Made by a program: the position numbers and the translations under genes | Shown here: one piece after another, positions 6,033 to 9,413 of the stretch | Position numbering within the stretch: position 1 is the stretch's first letter | How the letters are laid out: each line of letters starts with the position of its first letter | The notes under the pieces: model-generated | What the model was told of the DNA's origin: nothing | The model's database searches: none | What the model saw: the letters and a program-made list of their open reading frames with translations, nothing else | Virus record (IMG/VR): IMGVR_UViG_2740892050_000004 | Strand: one strand, 5' to 3' | Source: a virus | Taxonomy: Duplodnaviria > Heunggongvirae > Uroviricota > Caudoviricetes | DNA length: 9,413 bases

Positions 6033-6190
6033 AACAGCTTATTACTGATATGACCGGGCTGATCGGTTTCGGTCTGCTCACTGCTGGCGTTTATCTGTAT
6101 GCAGGTCTGCCAGCGTCTCTGATGCTGTCTGGCTGTTTGTTGCTGCTTTATGCACTGGTGGTGTCCATGAGGAGAAAACATGCTTCTTGA
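6029..6190 (+). CDS. candidate small membrane protein (53 codons, two hydrophobic helices) between terminase and portal
   Basis: GTG at 6029 overlaps the terL stop (GTGA), with GAGGA 11 nt upstream. Alternative ATG at 6050. Product VKQLITDMTGLIGFGLLTAGVYLYAGLPASLMLSGCLLLLYALVVSMRRKHAS, stop at 6188-6190 overlapping the portal start by 11 nt. It fills an otherwise unexplained 147-bp gap in a tightly packed module. Confidence 0.35.
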   Translation: MKQLITDMTGLIGFGLLTAGVYLYAGLPASLMLSGCLLLLYALVVSMRRKHAS

Positions 6191-7406
6191 TGCTCTGTTT
6201 CGCAGTGAGCCTCTGGAAAATCCCTCGGTTCCGGTAACCGGAGAGGCCGCAGAGACGGATAATATTTTTGCCCGGGATGTGTATGTCAGTCCGGAAACGT
6301 CCATGAGGCTGGCTGCTGTCTATGCCTGTATTTATGTTATTTCATCCAGTGTGGCTCAGATGCCCCTGCATGTGATGCGAAAAACGAATGAGCATGTTCA
6401 GCCGGCACGCGATCACCCGTTGTTCTGGCTCGTTCATGATGAACCGAATGCCTGGCAGACCAGCTATAAGTGGCGGGAACTGAAGCAGCGTCATGTGCTG
6501 GGGTGGGGCAATGGTTATACGTGGGTGAAACGTAATCGTCGTGGCGAGGTTACCAGTCTTGAATGCTGTATGCCATGGGAAACCACGTTACTTAACACCG
6601 GAGGGCGTCATACCTACGGTGTGTATAACGAAGAGGGTGCATTTGCGGTAAGTCCGGACGACATGATCCATATCAGGGCGCTGGGAAACAATCAGAAAAT
6701 GGGACTGAGTCCGATCATGCAGCATGCTGAAACCATTGGTATGGGAATGAGTGGTCAGCAGTATACCAGTGCTTTTTTTAACGGTAATGCCCGTCCTGCC
6801 GGGATTATTTCTGTGAAAAATGAACTGAACGAACAGAGTTGGAGCAGGCTCAAGAATATGTGGCAGCGGGCGGTGACAGCGCTTCGCAGCCAGGAAAATA
6901 AAACCATGTTGCTGCCTGCGCAACTGGATTACCGCGCTCTGACAGTTTCTCCGGTGGATGCTCAGATCATTGATATGACCAAGCTGAACCGGTCGATGAT
7001 TGCCGGGATTTTTAATGTCCCGGCGCACATGATTAATGACCTGGAAAAAGCCACATTTTCGAATATTACGCAGCAGGCGATTCAGTTTGTTCGCTACACG
7101 ATGATGCCCTGGGTTGCGAACTGGGAGCAGGAGCTTAACCGTCGCCTGTTTACCCGTACAGAACGGGCTGCCGGGTATTACGTTCGTTTCAACCTCACGG
7201 GGTTGCTCCGTGGGACCCCACAGGAGCGTGCGCAGTTCTATCACTTTGCCATTACAGATGGCTGGATGAGTCGGAATGAAGCCAGGGCATTTGAGGATAT
7301 GAACCCGGTTGACGGTCTGGATGAAATGCTGGTCAGCGTAAATGCAGCAAATCCGTTGAATAACTTTAAAGATACGAAAGGCAAAGAGGAAAAGAACGAT
7401 GAATGA
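6180..7406 (+). CDS. portal protein (HK97 family), 408 aa
   Basis: Size, position after terL and overall sequence character fit HK97-family portals. GAGGAG lies 6 nt upstream of the ATG. The stop overlaps the protease start. Confidence 0.95.
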   Translation: MLLDALFRSEPLENPSVPVTGEAAETDNIFARDVYVSPETSMRLAAVYACIYVISSSVAQMPLHVMRKTNEHVQPARDHPLFWLVHDEPNAWQTSYKWRELKQRHVLGWGNGYTWVKRNRRGEVTSLECCMPWETTLLNTGGRHTYGVYNEEGAFAVSPDDMIHIRALGNNQKMGLSPIMQHAETIGMGMSGQQYTSAFFNGNARPAGIISVKNELNEQSWSRLKNMWQRAVTALRSQENKTMLLPAQLDYRALTVSPVDAQIIDMTKLNRSMIAGIFNVPAHMINDLEKATFSNITQQAIQFVRYTMMPWVANWEQELNRRLFTRTERAAGYYVRFNLTGLLRGTPQERAQFYHFAITDGWMSRNEARAFEDMNPVDGLDEMLVSVNAANPLNNFKDTKGKEEKNDE

Positions 7407-7998
7407 CCGTGAAACGCGCTGTTACAGCGGGGAGGTGCGGGCGGAACAATATGATAATGCCCCGACCCACATTCTGGGCTATGGCTCGGTATTTAACAGT
7501 CGTTCAGAACCTCTGTGGGGATTTCGTGAAATCATCAAGCCGGGGGCTTTTGATGATGTACTGAATGATGATGTACGTGGCTTGTTTAATCATGATCCTA
7601 ATTTCATTCTCGGACGAAGTTCTGCCGGCACGTTGTCATTGTCGGTGGATGAACGCGGTTTACGTTATGACATTGTTGCACCGGATACTCCGACTATTTG
7701 TGACCTGGTGCTATCTCCAATGTTGCGTGGTGACATTAATCAGTCCTCGTTCGCGTTTCGTGTCGCCCGTGACGGAGAGAGCTGGTATGAAGACGACGAG
7801 GGGATTGTTATCCGGGAAATCACGCGCATTTCTCGTCTGTATGACGTCAGCCCGGTGACATATCCGGCCTATCAGGACGCAGACTCTGGTGTCCGCTCAA
7901 TGAAAGCCTGGCAGGAAGCGCGGGCGAGTGGTGCGCTGAAGAAAGCTGTTAACGAACGAATGGCGCGTGAGCGTCTTTTGACCCTTCTTAATGCATAA
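7399..7998 (+). CDS. prohead maturation protease (HK97 gp4 family, peptidase S78), 199 aa
   Basis: Candidate catalytic His in FNHDPNF and Ser in DINQSSFAF at positions matching the HK97 protease. ATG overlaps the portal stop by 8 nt (ATGAATGA), with GAGGA 8 nt upstream. Confidence 0.9.
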   Translation: MNDRETRCYSGEVRAEQYDNAPTHILGYGSVFNSRSEPLWGFREIIKPGAFDDVLNDDVRGLFNHDPNFILGRSSAGTLSLSVDERGLRYDIVAPDTPTICDLVLSPMLRGDINQSSFAFRVARDGESWYEDDEGIVIREITRISRLYDVSPVTYPAYQDADSGVRSMKAWQEARASGALKKAVNERMARERLLTLLNA

Positions 7999-8012
7999 GG
8001 ATACTACTGACG

Positions 8013-9230
8013 ATGAAACTTCATGAGATGAAGCAAAAACGAAACACCATTGCAAAGGATATGCGTGCACTGCATGAAAAAATTGGTGATAACGCATGGA
8101 CTGATGAGCAACGGGCAGAGTGGAACAGGGCGAAAGCTGAGCTGGATGCGCTGGATGAGCAAATCGCCCGTGAAGAAGAGTTGCGCCGTCAGGATCAGGC
8201 ATATGTGGATGAGTCCGGGCCGGAAGAGCGCCAGAATAATGAGGCGGAGAACGGGAAAAAGGCGGTGGAAGAGAAGCGCGCTGCGGCATTTAACCGTTTT
8301 CTGCGTGCCGGATTTGCAGAACTGAATGCTGAAGAGCGTAATCTGATGCGTGAACTGCGGGCTCAGAGTGTAACAACGGATTCTCAGGGCGGATATACGG
8401 TGCCCACGCAGATGCGTAACAAAATCATTGACACCATGAAGGCTTATGGCGGGATTGCCAGTGTGGCGCAACTTCTGACCACATCAACCGGGCAGGATAT
8501 CACCTGGTCAACGTCTGATGGCACGACTGAAGAGGGCGAACTGCTGGCGGAAAATACAGCCGCAACGGAACAGGATGTGACGTTCGGGACCGCTATTCTG
8601 GGGGCTAAAAAGCTGTCATCAAAAATAATTCGTGTGTCCAATGAGCTGCTCCAGGACAGTGGGGTGGATATTGAATCTTATCTGGCAAACCGTATTGCCC
8701 AGCGTATTGGTCGTGGAGAGGCAAAATATCTGGTTCAGGGGACCGGAACGGGATCACCGTTACAGCCAAAAGGGCTGGCAGCGTCGGTGACGGGAACCAT
8801 CCAGACTGTAGCCTCTGCCGCTTTCACCTGGAAAGAAATGAATGCCCTGAAACATGCCATTGATCCGGCATATCGTGGTGGGCCGAAATACCGCTGGGCA
8901 TTCAATGATGCCACATTGCAGACTATTGAAGAGATGGAGGATGGACAGAAACGCCCGTTATGGCTGCCGGATATTGCAGGCGGTACGCCGGCTACTGTGC
9001 TGGGGATCCCTTATGTTATTGATCAGGCTATTGACGGGATTGGTACCGGAAAAAAATTCATTTTCCTGGGGGATTTCAACCGCTTTATCATTCGCCGCGT
9101 TACTTATATGGAACTGAAACGTCTGGTTGAGCGTTATGCTGAGTTTGATCAGGTGGCATTTCTGGCTTTCCATCGTTTTGACTGTGTGCTGGAAGATGTG
9201 GCAGCCATCAAGGCGCTCACTGGCAAATAA
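8013..9230 (+). CDS. major capsid protein (HK97 fold) with N-terminal delta/scaffolding domain, 405 aa
   Basis: N-terminal ~100 aa are highly charged and coiled-coil-like (delta domain), followed by a typical HK97-family capsid body. It directly follows the protease. AAGGA upstream. Confidence 0.92.
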   Translation: MKLHEMKQKRNTIAKDMRALHEKIGDNAWTDEQRAEWNRAKAELDALDEQIAREEELRRQDQAYVDESGPEERQNNEAENGKKAVEEKRAAAFNRFLRAGFAELNAEERNLMRELRAQSVTTDSQGGYTVPTQMRNKIIDTMKAYGGIASVAQLLTTSTGQDITWSTSDGTTEEGELLAENTAATEQDVTFGTAILGAKKLSSKIIRVSNELLQDSGVDIESYLANRIAQRIGRGEAKYLVQGTGTGSPLQPKGLAASVTGTIQTVASAAFTWKEMNALKHAIDPAYRGGPKYRWAFNDATLQTIEEMEDGQKRPLWLPDIAGGTPATVLGIPYVIDQAIDGIGTGKKFIFLGDFNRFIIRRVTYMELKRLVERYAEFDQVAFLAFHRFDCVLEDVAAIKALTGK

Positions 9231-9249
9231 CCACTCGTTGTTCAGTTAC

Positions 9250-9273
9250 AGACCGCGCCGACGCGGTTTTTTT
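9250..9273 (+). terminator. Rho-independent terminator after the major capsid gene
   Basis: GC-rich stem ACCGCG (9252-9257) pairs with CGCGGT (9262-9267), extendable by A-U and G-U pairs, loop CCGA, followed by T7 (9267-9273). It lies 20 nt after the capsid stop. Confidence 0.65.
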
Positions 9274-9306
9274 ATGCCCGCACAGTGTTGCGGGCAGGAG
9301 TTTCTG

Positions 9307-9393
9307 ATGGCAGCAATAGTGGAAAAACTCAGGGCGCAGTGCCGTATTGGTAAGCGTCAACGGAGCACCGTATTGACGCTTATTTATTGGTGA
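9307..9393 (+). CDS. candidate 28-codon ORF downstream of capsid terminator (leader-peptide-like)
   Basis: ATG 9307 is preceded by AGGAG with a 6-nt spacer. Product MAAIVEKLRAQCRIGKRQRSTVLTLIYW, stop 9391-9393. It contains a hairpin (GCGTCAA 9354-9360 / TTGACGC 9373-9379) followed by TTATTTATT. Could be spurious or regulatory. Confidence 0.2.
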   Translation: MAAIVEKLRAQCRIGKRQRSTVLTLIYW

Positions 9394-9413
9394 GTACTAC
9401 GTTCCATGGCAGG

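Noticed and set aside
5825-7244. Minus-strand ORFs antisense to the terL/portal junction and portal (5825-6304, 6588-7244)
   Set aside because: Shadow ORFs. The portal frame is long, uninterrupted and correctly positioned.
7565-7858. 97-aa alternative-frame ORF inside the protease gene
   Set aside because: Cys-rich low-complexity product, no RBS, fully nested in a well-supported gene.
7897-8471. Minus-strand ORFs (130 and 155 aa) and an Arg-rich plus-strand ORF (8050-8325) overlapping the capsid gene
   Set aside because: Shadow or alternative-frame ORFs in purine-rich coding sequence. The Arg-rich composition is a frame artefact.
1-9413. Searched for CRISPR repeats, tRNA/rRNA, integrase, transposase, att sites and toxin-antitoxin pairs
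   Set aside because: No regularly spaced direct repeats, no cloverleaf-compatible sequences, and no ORFs with recombinase or transposase character. The window is internal to the phage late region.

Overview
This window is the late region of a mosaic lambdoid enterobacterial phage or prophage, with all principal genes on the + strand. It opens with an AT-rich leader carrying a small DUF1737-like gene and an intrinsic terminator. Next is a phage-21/Qin-type lysis cassette: dual-start pinholin, an unassigned 116-aa ORF, SAR endolysin, and Rz with embedded Rz1. A convergent bor/iss serum-resistance lipoprotein gene sits on the - strand. The rest is an HK97-type packaging and head module: HNH endonuclease, candidate cos region, small and large terminase, portal, prohead protease and major capsid protein, closed by a strong intrinsic terminator. 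I found no CRISPR array, tRNA, rRNA, integrase or transposase, and no recognisable multi-gene defence system. The candidates for something new are small: the unassigned ORF inside the lysis cassette, a 40-codon ORF with a perfect Shine-Dalgarno upstream of bor, a two-helix micro-ORF between terminase and portal, two palindromes upstream of HNH, and a leader-like ORF with hairpins after the capsid gene. All family assignments are from memory of protein families and motifs, not from a database search.
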